A DNA stretch of 64,000 nucleotides from Mobula hypostoma. Its lineage: Eukaryota. The notes beneath the pieces are model-generated. The model worked only from the letters and a program-made list of their open reading frames with translations, did no database searches and was not told where the DNA came from. Each line of letters opens with the position of its first letter. The stretch's first letter is position 1. A program made the position numbers and the translations under genes. The stretch spans positions 85,810,001 through 85,874,000 of the forward strand of contig NC_086097.1 of assembly GCF_963921235.1 (NCBI RefSeq). The letters run 5' to 3'. Shown in pieces: positions 13,672 to 25,740 of the stretch.

Positions 13672-14016
13672 CTTCATTTAACTTCATATAACTTCATATA
13701 AACAGAAATTCTCCACAATTAGTTAAAAAATCTGCATAACTACCATTTTTTCTTTTGTATTTAAATTACATAATTTCAATGATTGTTTGATGTTTACAAA
13801 TATTGTAAACAACATTAATGTATTGAAAGTATGTACCTAACAAGTACAACTGTGGACATCTACTAAAACATTACTTAAGGACCAAGTTACCATCAGGAAC
13901 ATGTAGATTTATTTCCTCCTCAACAACGACATACAAAGTTTATTTTGGAAGTTTATCTAGGAAAACTTATTTTGATCTGGGCACAAAGTTGTCAGACCAG
14001 AACACTTTGTGCACAC

Positions 14017-14873
14017 TGTTACGTACCCCGTAACTGGGTTGCCAAACCAGCAGAAATGGATCACTCAGTTGGAGTCTGGAGTACTAGAACTAAGAAAGTT
14101 TTATTAAAGAAACAAGCAACACAGTAATCGAAAGGATAATAAATGCAACAGTTCAGCGATGATAAACACACATGTGCACAGAATTAAGATAACAGCATCA
14201 ATCAAGCTCTATCGTTGTCTAGGGGTAAATGACCAAATTTCAAAATGACTCAAAGTTCAGTCCAGTTCAGTTCGCAGTAATCGTTGCCATGGCGATGGAC
14301 AACGTGGGGGAAGAGAGAGAGGGAACAGGAACAACTGATCATTCAGAACACTGCTTCACTTACAGACCGGCGAGATTGCTCACAAGCAGCTTTTGGGCGC
14401 GTCCTTGGTGATGTCACCTGAGGTCACCGACTGTGACCCCTCCTCCAGATGCGGTCGATCCTCTGCAGTGAACCCGGCACCCAGGCAAGGGCGGACACAC
14501 ACCGGGTTCCCGCTGATCGTACCTTTCCACCCTGGTCGTTGTCTGATACTTCTCACCCACTCGTGAGAAGCGTACCGCTTCCAGGGTCTCGTTACCTCGG
14601 GTGGCGTGTGTGTGTCGCCTTAGCGAACTGGTCCCTTTTTATCCCCCTGCTGGGGTATCGCCTGTCCATCACTTCAAACAGTTCAAGGTTCAAAGGGGGA
14701 GCCGCTCCAGACAGCTCTCTCTTCCCCACGTCCCTTCATTACACATCTCCAGACGCTGCTCCATTGTTCCTTATCTCTCCTTCCCCTGAGGGCAGGTGGC
14801 AGACCAACTGCTGATGCCACTGATGCTAGCCCAGGCCAGCAAACATCTTAATTTTATGTGTATTCTCGTCACA
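14017..14873 (-). mobile_element. solo LTR (857 bp), copy B, reverse complement of copy A
   Basis: Near-identical reverse complement of 9528-10381; TG...CA termini; 4-bp TSD ACAC/ATAC (one mismatch). Confidence 0.88.
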
Positions 14874-15489
14874 ATACTGAGTTTTATTTTTTGAAATTTA
14901 TGTAAATTATTGGGCTGCTGAAAATGTTATGGCCTCTTTAATATAGACAGTTGCAAATATTTATTACATTTATAAAGGCTTGAAAATGGTTAGGACCTTT
15001 GAACAAATGTATATGCTAAGACATATAGGAAGTAGAGAAATAACAAAGCAAAATCAAACTCAATTTCAAAGACAAAACAGGGTCTGTAGGCAGGTATTTG
15101 GAGAAACAATGAAACATGCAAGGCCTATTTAACAGCAGGATAAAGGTTAACCTGTTTTGTAATCAATGGGTTCCGTCTGGAAATGTAGTGTTGCATCATC
15201 CCTGGCAGGAGGTAGTGGTGTAATGAAGGTCAAAGCCTTGTACTCTGCTATAGTGATAGTAGAGAAAGTAAAACTCGCCAGCATTGCCAAGCACCTAAAA
15301 AGTTGCCACATCAGCAGTCCACAAGATTTTACATAATTAACCTGTTAAACACTTACTCCCCACCTTCCCCACTCCTCGCCCCCCCCCCGCCTACTTTATC
15401 TGCCTCGTATATTACCTTTCTGGTCTCACCAATACCTCCTTTTCACTAGGACATACATTTAAGTTCAAACTTACAATTGAATCCACCAG

Positions 15490-15820
15490 GAGGACCACAA
15501 CCTAGTTGTGGTTTGGAGTCTTGCATGCCTCAATGACCCAGAGAGCTATGTTGGCTGGAGTTAGGGCTTTATGCTTTGGCTCCTGGTAGGGTCACCCATG
15601 CCATACAGGTCAGAGGAAAGTGGCCAGACTAAGAGTGGTCCACCAGTCCTCCAGGTTCGGGGATTCAGCTTAGGGCTAACAACCCTGACTGGTAAAACAA
15701 AACTGTTACAGAAACAGCAATGAAAATCTCTCTACTTCTGTGTGGCCAAGGACAGAGAAAGATGAAAGACCTTCATTGCTGCCCTAAGTAACAGCAGCAA
15801 AACAGGCAGTAAGTAAGTTA
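15490..15820 (+). mobile_element. non-autonomous RTE-related element
   Basis: RTE-like 5' region (ggtagggtcacccatgcc...cagactaagagtggtcc) ending in an (AAGT)n tail; family assignment from recognition only. Confidence 0.5.
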
Positions 15821-16784
15821 CAATTGAATACCTAACCATTCAGGCATCATCCAGAAGCCTTAGCCAATAAATTAATCTATCTGCACAAATACAGATACCT
15901 GATACCTAGAATGGCAGTCAGGAAAGCACGTGTTGCATTGGGAACAAATTGAAACTAGTTCAAAATTAAAGACTTTTAGTCAGAACCCTACCATATCAAA
16001 ACATGGAATATTGAAGTCTGTCCCATAATATTCCACACCACATGAAGTACAAAAATATCCTACAGGCTGATCAGAAATGAGTAGTTTGGAGAGAAGGGAA
16101 AGGTCAATAATTCAAGTACGTCTTCACCATTGTCCATTAGGTTCAGCTATATCCATTAGGTGGATGAGGTTAAATGGTTCCTTTCATCTTTAATGGTTCC
16201 TTTTATTTAATAAATCTTTGTAAAATTACTACAGTGGTCATTGTAAGTAGTCAAGATCATTACAAGGAATATTCCAATATATATGTTACTTATTGGGATA
16301 TGAAATTTTTGCTATGTATATTCCAATTATTTTACCAATTATATAACATAATTTTAAAAAATGTCTTGTTAGGATGCACATTAATTAACACCTGACCTCT
16401 ATAATGTGTATAATTAATGGAAATTAAATTGCTTTAACTTTGCATTATTAACACTCAATTTTATTAGAATACCATGGCCAGATAAAGTTACTTGTTGAGA
16501 TACTGAATTATAAATTATATATTATCCATTTATCATCACAGTTAATATGTCCCATTGTATTTATTAGCAAGCGTTCTCTTTTTCTAAAATTGATGAAGTT
16601 AAATTGATGTTATGAGTAGTTTATCTGGAAAACATCAAAATAATTGTGAATTTTTTTAGTGGACCCTTGTGCTGATGGATGCATTCAATATTCATAATTT
16701 AAGACATGGCTAAATGATTTAGTGTTATTCACTTCGTTTGATTTTTGTTTAAGGATTTAACGAGTAAAATTCGCGCTTTTCCAG

Positions 16785-16976
16785 AGCATTCCTCAAGTTG
16801 ATTCTAAACATGGTAGAAGATATTCCCAAAGAGAAAATGCTGCTAGAGAAACCTGTTGAACAGATCCTGTGGAAAGGAAGTTTTGCAACGGAGGACGGAT
16901 CTCAGTATCAGTTAGATTGATGTGCCAAGATGGAAATTATCTTTTAGATGATCACGACATAGGGCAGTTTTATTAG
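16785..16976 (+). pseudogene. decayed exon-3 homologue of a tandem polyamine oxidase paralogue
   Basis: Acceptor ttttccag|A and donor G|GTAAAG retained; 192 nt vs 194 nt (two 1-nt deletions). Reads AFLKLILNMVEDIPKEKMLLEKPVEQILWKGSFATEDGSQY/VRLMCQDGNYLLDDHDI, aligning with exon 3. Confidence 0.88.
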
Positions 16977-17254
16977 GTAAAGGAAATAGCACTTATGAGC
17001 TTGACTTAAATAATAAGTTAATGAAAAAAGTATTGAAAAAGTTACAAAAAATAACAGTGTAATAAAATTGTTATAATTAATTCAGATGTAAAAACTGATT
17101 TGGGTCATAATTGTTTTTAGGATAAACATAACAAGGCATTACAATCCACTGCTTTTATTCTGTGCTTAAATTTGTGAAGAAATAAAGTCACAGAGTCTTT
17201 CCAGCCTGTCTGACCGGGTCTTTTGCCTAGTCCTACCAATCTGTACCTGGCCCA

Positions 17255-17592
17255 GGAGGAGATCTCATTGAAACCTACAAAATATCGAAAGGCTTAGATA
17301 GAGTGGAAGTGCAGAGAGTTCCAATAGTGGGAAAGTCTAAAATCAGAGGGCACAGCCTTAGAATTCAAGGCATCCCTTTACAACAGAGATGAGGCAGTAT
17401 TTATTTAGCCAGAGAATGGCGAGTCTATGGAATTCATTGCCATAGGCAGTTCTAGACAACAAGTCAATGGGTATATTTAAAGTGGAGGTTGATAGGTACT
17501 TAATTAGTAAGGGGAGAAGGCAGGAGAATGGGATGAGAGGGAATATAAATGGGACAATTAGCCTTACTCTGCTTCTGTGTCTTATGGTCTTA
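17255..17592 (+). mobile_element. CR1 LINE 3' fragment
   Basis: Similar to 12870-13255; ends gtcttatggtctt. Confidence 0.8.
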
Positions 17593-17924
17593 TAAGTAAC
17601 TTGGTCATTGAGAGAATAAGAGATAGAAATTTATGAATCCATTAGAATGAGAAAATCTTAAAAGCACAGGAGTTTGATTATGGTGGAGTTGCCAATCAGT
17701 AACTGAACACCATAAATGTCCCAAAAACTGATCATGATAGCATTGCTCCGCTGTAGGCTGTAGCTTTTGGGAAATGCCAGAGTAGGGAAAGACTGAAATT
17801 TTATTGCGTAAGCATTGTACTAGCAGTGTGTGATATAATCTTATTTATTAGGCAACCCCTAAACTGTCTTTGTCTAGTTCAAAACACTATTTCAAAGCAA
17901 GTTGTGGCAGTGTGATGTCAACAA

Positions 17925-18220
17925 ATTATAGGCATTGTGAGACCATGGATTTGCGCCTTGGAAGGTTTCCAGGGCACAGGCCTGGGCAATGTTGTATGGA
18001 AGACCAGCAGTTGCCCATGCTGCAAGTCTCCCCTTTCGACGCCACCAATGTTGTCCAAGGGAAGGGCACTAGGGCCGATACAGCTTGGCACTGGTGTCGT
18101 TGTAGAGCAATGTGTGGTTAAGTGCCCTGCTCAAGGACACAACACGCTGCCTCAGCTGAGGCTCAAACTGGCAACTTTCAGATGACTAGTCCAATGCCTT
18201 AACCACTTGGCCACGCGGCC
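17925..18220 (-). mobile_element. tRNA-derived SINE
   Basis: Minus strand begins ggccgcgtggccaagtggttaaggcattggactag (A box); flanked by a duplicated gtgtgatgtcaacaaattat-like sequence (17911 and 18221). Confidence 0.6.
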
Positions 18221-18560
18221 GTGTGATGTCAACAAATTATTGATATAAAAATTAGCTCACTGCATAAGGATGGAAATAGTGTAACAATTTAGATCATTTC
18301 CTGACTAATATCTGCAAACTACAAAGCACAAAAATGGCAAAACATCTAGCACTTGACAATGTTTGACATTTCTTATGTATGTCCTCATACATACTTTTTC
18401 CTTATGAATAAGGACACACCTGAAAAAAATTCACTGGGATTTCCATGTCAGTTATCTGCAAGGAAGCAGAAATTTGAAAGATGTAAAGGTATCTAAGAAA
18501 AACATATTGTTGCCATTTTTTGTCTTCAGTTAATAGCTTGCTTAAACACATCTTCCTTTT

Positions 18561-21500
18561 AGAAACATAAAAAACCTACAGCACAATACAGGCCCTTCGG
18601 CCCACAAAGCTGTCCTTATCTTAGAAATTACCTAGGGTTACCCATAGCCCTCTATTTTTCTGAGGTCCATGTACCCGTCCAGGAGTCTCTTAAAAGATCC
18701 TATCATATCTGCCTCCACCACAGTCACCAGCAGCCCATGCCACACACTCACCACTCTCTGCGTAAAAAACTTACTCCTGACATCTGTTCCACACCTACTT
18801 CCAAGCACCTTAAAATTGTGCCCTCTCATTCTAGCCATTTCAGCCCTGGGAAAAAGCCTCTGACTATCCACATGATCAATGCCTCTCATCACCTTGTACA
18901 CCTCTATCAGGTCACCTCTCATCCTCCATCACTCCAAGGAAAAAAGGCCAAGTTCACTCAACCTATTCTCATAAGGCATGCTCTCCAATCCAGACAACAT
19001 CCTTGTAAATCTCCTCTGCACCCTTTCTATGGTTTCCACATCCTTCCTGTAGTGAGGCGATCAGAACTGAGCACAGAACTCCAAGTGGGATCTGACCAGG
19101 GTCCTATATAGCTGCAACATTACCTCTCAGCTCCTAAACTCAATCCCATGATAGATGAAGCCCAATACAGCGTATCACTCACAACATGCTGGAGGAACTC
19201 AGCAGGTCAGGCAGCATCCGTGGAAATGTCGACTCATCGTTTCCACGGATGCTGCCGGACATGCTGAGTTCCTCCAGTATGTTGTGAGTGTTGCTTTGAT
19301 CCCAGCATCTGCAGATTATTTTGTGTTTCCAAGACATTGTATGCCTTCTTAATCACAGAATCAACCTGCGCAGCAGCTTTGAGTGTCCTATGGACTCAGA
19401 CCCCAAGATCCCTCTGATCCTCCACACTGCCAAGAGTCTTACCATTAATACTATATTCTGCCATCATATTTGACCTACCAAAATGAACCACCTCACACTT
19501 ATCTGGGTTGAATTCCATCTGCCACTTCTCAGCCCAGTTTTGCATCCTATCAATGTCTTGCTGTAAACTCTGACAGCCCTCCACACTATACACAACACCC
19601 CCAATCTTTGTGTCATCAGCAAATTTACTAACCCACCCCTCCACTTCCTTATCAAGGTCATTTATAAAAATCATGAAGACTAGGGGTCCCAGAACAGATC
19701 CCTGAGGCACACCACTGGTCACTGACCCCCATACAGAATATGACCCGTCTATAACCATACTTTGCCTTCTGTGGGCAAGCCAGTTCTGGATTCACAAAGC
19801 AATGACCCCTTGGATCCCATGCCTCCTTACTTTCTCAATAAGTTGCATGGGGTACCTTATCAAATGCCTTGCTGAAATCCATATACACTACATCTAATTC
19901 TCTACCTCCATCAATGTGTTTAGTCACATCCTCAAAAAATTCAATCAGGCTTGTAAGGCACGACCTGCCCTTGACAAAGGCATGCTGTCTATTCCTAATC
20001 ATATTATACCTCTCCAATTGTTCATAAATCCTGCCTCTCAGGATCTTCTCCATCAACTTATCAACCACTGAAGTAAGACTCACTGATCTATAATTTCCTG
20101 GGCTATCTCTACTTCCTTTCTTGAATTAGGGAATAACATCTGCAACCCTCCAACCCTTTAGAACCTCTCCCGTCCCCATTGATGATGCAAAGATCATCAT
20201 CAGAGACTCAGCAATCTCCTCCCTCACCTCCCACAGTAGCCTGGGGCACATCTCCTCCAGTCCCGGTGACTTATCCAACTTGATGCTTTCCAAAAGCTCC
20301 AGCACATCCTCTTTCTTAATATTTATATGCTCAAGCTTTTCAGTCCGCTGTAAGTCATCCCTACAATTGCCAAGATCCTTTTCCGTAGTGAATACTGAAG
20401 CAAAGTATTCATTAAGTACCTCTGCTATCTCCTCCGGTTCCATACACACTTTTCCACTGTCACACTTGATTGGTCCTATTCTCTCACGTCTCAATCTCTT
20501 GCTCTTCACATACTTGTAGAATGCCTTGGGGTTTTCCTTAATCTTGACTGCTAAGGGGCCCCTTCTCATGGCTTTCCTAATTTCATTCTTAAGCTCTTTC
20601 CTGCTAGTCTTATAATCTTCTAGATCTTTATCGTTACCTAGTTTTTTGAACCTTTCACAAGCTTTTCTTTTCTTCTTGACTAGATTTACAACAGCCTTTG
20701 TACACCACGGTTCCTGAACCCTACCATCCTTTCCCTGTCTCATTGGAATGTACCAATGCAGAACTCCACACAAATATCCCTTGAACATTTGCCACATTTC
20801 TTCTGTACATTTTCCTGAGAACATCTGTTCCCAATTTATGCTTCCAAGTTCCTGCCTGATAGCCTGATATTTCCCCTTACACCAATCAAATTCTTTCCTA
20901 ACTTATCTGTCCTTATCCCTCTCCAATGCTATGGTAAAAGAGATAGAATTGTGATCACTATCTCCAAAATGCTCTCCCCTGAGAGACCTGACACCTGACC
21001 AGGTTCATTTCTCATTACCAGATCAAATACAGCCTCTCCTCTTGCTGGTTTATCTACATCTTATGTCGGGAAACCTCCCTAAACACACCTAACAAACTCC
21101 ACCCCATTTAAACCCCTTGCTCTAGGGAGATGCCAATCAATATTTGGGAAATTAAAATCTCCCACCATGACAACCCTGTTATGATTACACCTTTCCAGAA
21201 TCTGTCTCCCCATCTGCTCCTCAATGTCCCTGTTATTATTGGGAGGTCTATAAAAAAACAGTAGAGTTGTTGACCCCTTCCTGTTCCTAACCTCCACCCA
21301 CAGAGACCCCGTAGACAATCCCTTCATGACTTCTTCCTTTTCTGCAGCCGTGACACTACCCCTGATCAACAGTGCCATGCCCCCACCTCTTTTGCCTCTC
21401 TCCCTGTCCCTTCTGAAACACATTTAAAACCTGGCACTCAAAGTAACCATTCCTGTCCCTGAGCCATCCAAGTCTCTGTAATGGCCACAACATCATAGAT

Positions 21501-22125
21501 TCAAGTACTGATCCACACTTCAGGCTCATCTGCTTTGTTCATAATACTCCCTGCATTAGAATAGACACATCTCAAACCATTGGTCTGAGCGCATCCCCTC
21601 TCTATCACCTGCTCATCCTCTCTCTCGCATTGTCTCCAAGCTTTCTCTATTTGAGAGCTAACTGCCTCTTCCTCCGTCTCTTCATTTCTGTTCCCACCCC
21701 CACAACAATTCTGGTTTAAACTCTTCCCTGTAGCCTTAGCAAACCTCCCTGACAGGATATTGGTCCCCCTGGGATTCAAGTGGAACCAGTTCTTTTTATA
21801 CAGGTCACACCTGCCCCAAAAGAGGTCCCAATGATCTAGAAATCTGAATCCCTGCCTCCTGCTCCAATCCCTCAGCCACGCATTTATCCTCCACCTCATT
21901 CTATTCCTATACTCACTGTCACGTGGCACAGGCAGTAATCCTGAGATTACTACCTTTGCGGTCCTGCTTCTCAACTTCCTTCCTAACTCCCTGTAGTCTG
22001 TTTCAGGACCTCATCCCTTTTCCTACTTATGTTGTTGGTACCAATATGTACTACGACCTCTGGCTATTCTCTTTCCCACTTCAGGATATCGTGGATGCAA
22101 TCAAAAACATCCCAGACCCTGGCAC
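18561..22125 (-). mobile_element. 5'-truncated CR1 LINE (end of ORF1 esterase, ORF2 APE endonuclease + RT, disrupted)
   Basis: ORFs with VVISGLLPVPR..FRFLDHW (SGNH esterase), YRPPN..GDFNFP (APE), GVPQGSVLGP..FADDTK (RT); same subfamily as 37190-41395. Confidence 0.95.
19176..19328. mobile_element. palindromic Penelope-type insert nested in CR1
   Basis: 51-bp inverted arms at 19176-19226 and 19240-19290; degenerate TSD ccaatacagcgtat / ccaagacattgtat. Confidence 0.6.
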
Positions 22126-22435
22126 TTGTTGGCAAGTACTTTGTGGAAACAATTAAATGGAGGCATAGTATTTACAAAATTCATTTTATCTCCTTAACCA
22201 GTGGAGTTCCAGACTGAATCAGTGACCATGCAGAAGGCTTAGGAGATTCTATCTCCCATTGACATAACAAGTGACGAACATTACTGCCAAGGTTTAGGTG
22301 ATGGTCATTTCTATAGCCATCAGTTGGTTGGCTGGTCAGAAAATCTGGTCGAAAGCCGAGAATGTGGGTTGTTTTCGAATAAGCAATATTTAAATATAAA
22401 TTTAGTTGAGATTACAATTCTTATTTTTCTATTTA

Positions 22436-23662
22436 TGTCATGGTCCGGATCGGGGTCCCTTTAAATTTACCTTGTTTATGTTATGATCCGGACCGTTGAT
22501 TCCCTGTTTTCCTGTGTCCCTCGACTTTTGTGATTAGAGGCAATTAACACTCGGCTGAACCGGTAGTTTATAGTCTCCGGCTTTCAGCCGTTCGGCACGG
22601 AGCGTCTGCAAAGTCACCAAGGTACGACATGCCAATGTCTTCCGGCCAGAGCAAGCCTAGTCTCTGCCCAAAGCGAGTGCCGGTAATTTGCCCTTCCTTA
22701 CTGGAGCAACCCAGTCAAGTTACCCCACTAAAGCGAGCCTGCAAAGTTTCCTCACAGAGGTGGGTCCGTCAGTTAATCCGCCAGAGGGAATTAAGAACCG
22801 CTGTCTACTGTTCCCGGGCCGAGTCGAGAGCTCGCCACTACCCGGAGGCTCCAAGTCAAGTCCTGGCTCTGGTGGCATTCTAGCACCAAGTCAAGTCCTG
22901 GTCCTGGTGGCTTCCCAGTTCTGAGTCAAGTCCTGGCCTTGGCGGTCTGTGATTCCTGTCCTACCCCCTAGTCTGAATCTCTTCTCTGCCCCTCTCGCCT
23001 CTAGCCCTCGTCTGCAGCCCCCGCCTACACTTCGGTCTAGTTCCATCGCTGGAGCTAGATAAGTACAGTCTGGTGTTCATTCGTGTTGGTCTTGTCTTGT
23101 CTTGTCCTTGCCTCCGTGGGGTAGGTCAGGCCGTCTTGCCGTTGCCCCACGGAGGGTCATGAGTCCCGGCCCTATGTCCTGTACCCAAGGAGGGGTCCCG
23201 GCTCTCTGTTCTGTGTGTGAGTCCCGGCCCTATGTCCCGTACCCAAGGAGGGGTCCCAATTTTGTGTTCTGTGTATGTGTCCATGGTTGCATGTACCTGC
23301 TCTCCCAAGACCGAGGCCCTGTGTTCCCATGTTCCTCCTCTTCCTAGCCCATGTCATGTCCATGCCTGGTTCTGGGGTCCGAGCCCCAGGCAAGACCCAG
23401 GTACTGGGTCCTTGCCCAGTCTCTGGCTCGGAGTCCATACCCTAGCCTCCTCATGTCTCCTCTAGTTCTGGGAGCCTATTCCGAGTCCTAGCCCAGCCCC
23501 TTAGTCCCCGCCTAATCGTAGTCCTGAGTCCTTGTCCAGTTCGCTACTCCTGCTCCTGCTTTGCTCTCCTGGTATCGAACAATAAACTAAATCTAAGTAA
23601 CCTCACAAGATGTGTCTTGCATTTGGGTCCACCCTTGCTCCCAATGCCCCGCCACTGTGACA
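22436..23662 (+). mobile_element. solo LTR (1227 bp) with internal tandem repeats
   Basis: TGTCA...TGACA termini, perfect 5-bp TSD ATTTA (22431-22435 / 23663-23667), AATAAA at 23581, GC-rich relative to its flanks. Confidence 0.85.
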
Positions 23663-23782
23663 ATTTACCAGAGTGAAAGGAATAATAGTAGATAGAATAC
23701 GTAAAAGAACTATGATTGACTGATGATAATATCTTTATCATAACTTAGAAAGAGTGAGATTTTCCTTGTATTTGCTCACTAG

Positions 23783-23924
23783 CTTATCTAAAAGCAGAGC
23801 CTAAGACCTTTTTACATCCGCAGCTTCTAGGAGAGAAGTATCATGCAGTCAAAACATTGGATTTGTTTCAGTTAATAAGAGTTACCTGGAGTATGAGGTC
23901 CCATTCTGGATCAAAGATGTTAGT
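23783..23924 (+). pseudogene. decayed, 3'-truncated exon-4 homologue of a tandem polyamine oxidase paralogue
   Basis: Acceptor cactag|C. Reads YLKAEPKTFLHPQLLGEKYHAV/(frameshift ~23850)NIGFVSVNKSYLEYEVPFW, aligning with CLKANGQAFFQPRLPEQKLSAIQSLGFGTMNKIYLEYETPFW. A CR1 fragment follows. Confidence 0.85.
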
Positions 23925-24199
23925 CCAGAATATTGTTTTAAATATGCTGAATGACTTGGCCTCCACAGCCATCTGTGTCTGAAGAAATTCCTCCTCATCT
24001 CAGTTCTAAAGAGGTATGCTTTAGAACAGAGCTGCTCTAAATCAGGAATGGAGAGGAGGCAACTTACAGTTGTGTGTAAGATTAAAATGAGTGCTTGCTG
24101 GTGGCCTGATCAAATAGCAATTCATTTGCAAAGGTAAATAAAAAGAAGGTAGGGACAAGTTGAGTGACTATTGTGTGAATGGATCAGTGTTAGAGTGTG

Positions 24200-25740
24200 G
24201 AGGCTTTGACTCATCAGGCTTCAGCGAGGAAAGGCTTGAGCAAAGTAGGAGTCTTTCAAGGTTCTTCTTCTTCACTCTTCATCTGTTAGTGCATAGTTAG
24301 TGCAGTGAGAATGACTCCAGTAGCTATGTTGTATCTTTTGTATGATGTAGGAATTGTGGGAGATCTCCAGCCTCCTGGCTAACCACATCTCAACCAGGCG
24401 CACCGAGCTGCAGCTCCTCAGAGAACATGTCAAGGAACTGGAACTGCAGCTCAATGACCTTTGGCTTATGTGGGAAACTGAGGAGATAATAGAGAGGATC
24501 TAGAGAGATGTAGTCACCCCTAAGTTGCAGGAGGCAGGTACCTAAGTGACTGTCAGGAGAGGGAAAGGAAGTGGGAAGCCACTGTGACTGTTTCCCTCAA
24601 TAGGAAGTATACCACTTTGGATAATGTTGGGATGGTGCGGGTGGAATTAGGTTGGTGTTGATTTTGGATCCCAAGAGAGAGAATTTGTAGAATGCTTATG
24701 AGATGGCTTTTTAGAGCATCTTATGGTTGAGCCCACTAATGGAAAGGCAATCCTGGAGTGAGTGTTGTGTAATGAAGTCAGATGTACCAGTATTACCAGT
24801 GGAGTAAAGGGAATTAACGAGGCATGAGAGAGGACCTGGCAAAATTGATTGGAAGGGGACACTAGCAGGGATGATGGGAGAGCAGCAATAGGTGGAGTCT
24901 CTGAGAGCAATTTGGAAGGTGCAGGATAGATACATCCCAATGAAGAAGAAGATTTCTAAAGGCAGGATGGTACATTCATGGCTGACAAGGAAAGTCAAAG
25001 CCAACATGAAAGCCAAAGAAAGGGAATATAATAGAACAACAATTGGTGAGAAGTTAGAGGATTGGGAAGCTTTCAAATACCAACAGAAGGCAACTAACAA
25101 GCCATTAGGAGGGAAAAGATGAAATATGAATGTAAGCTAGCCAATAATATAAAAGAGGATACCAAAAGATTTTTCAGATATATGAAGTGTAAAAGGAAGG
25201 CAAGAGTAGATATCCAACCACTGAAAATGATGCTATGGGGGTAATAGTGAGGGACAAGGAAATGGTGGACAAATTGAATAAATATTTTGTGTCAGTCTTC
25301 ACTATGGAAGACACTAGCATTATGCTGGAAGTTTGGGAGTATCAGGGGCGGAAGTCAGTGCAGTGGCTATTACTAGGGAGAAGGTGCCTGGGAAGTTGAA
25401 AGATCTGAAGGTAGATAGGTCACCTAGACCAGATGGACTGTATCCCAGGGTTCTGAAAGAGGTGGCTGAAGAGATTGTTGAGTCATTAGTAATGATCTTT
25501 CAAGAATCAATGGATTCTGGCATGGTTCTGGATGACTGGAAAATTAGAACTGTCATTCCATTCTTTAAGAAGGGAGGAAGGCAGAAGAAAGGAAATTATG
25601 GGCTATTTAGCTTGACCTTAGTGATTGGGAAGATGTTGGAGTTAATTGTTAAGGATGTGATTACAGGGTGCTGGGAGGCACATGATAAAATAGGCTGAAG
25701 TCAGCAAGGTTTCCTCAAGGGAAAATCTTGTCTGACAAAT
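24200..25740 (+). mobile_element. internally deleted CR1 LINE (ORF1 N-terminus joined to mid-ORF2)
   Basis: ORF1 coiled-coil region (gagctgcagctcctcagagaacatgtcaaggaactgg) followed by SPRPDGLYPRVLKEVAEEI...FKKGGR of ORF2. Confidence 0.88.

Noticed and set aside
9550..14814. ORFs of 68-124 aa duplicated at 9550-9998 and 14449-14814, suggesting a duplicated gene or one large TIR element
   Set aside because: They lie inside two solo LTRs, each with its own TSD; no recognisable protein motif; the frames differ between copies.
17925..18220. tRNA-like sequences here and at 46805-47065, 1480-1755 and 11890-12150
   Set aside because: SINE heads: degenerate cloverleaf followed by SINE core and tail.
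22852..23277. Short direct repeats with intervening sequence resembling a CRISPR array
   Set aside because: Eukaryotic context, only 2-3 degenerate units inside an LTR, no unique spacers, no cas genes.
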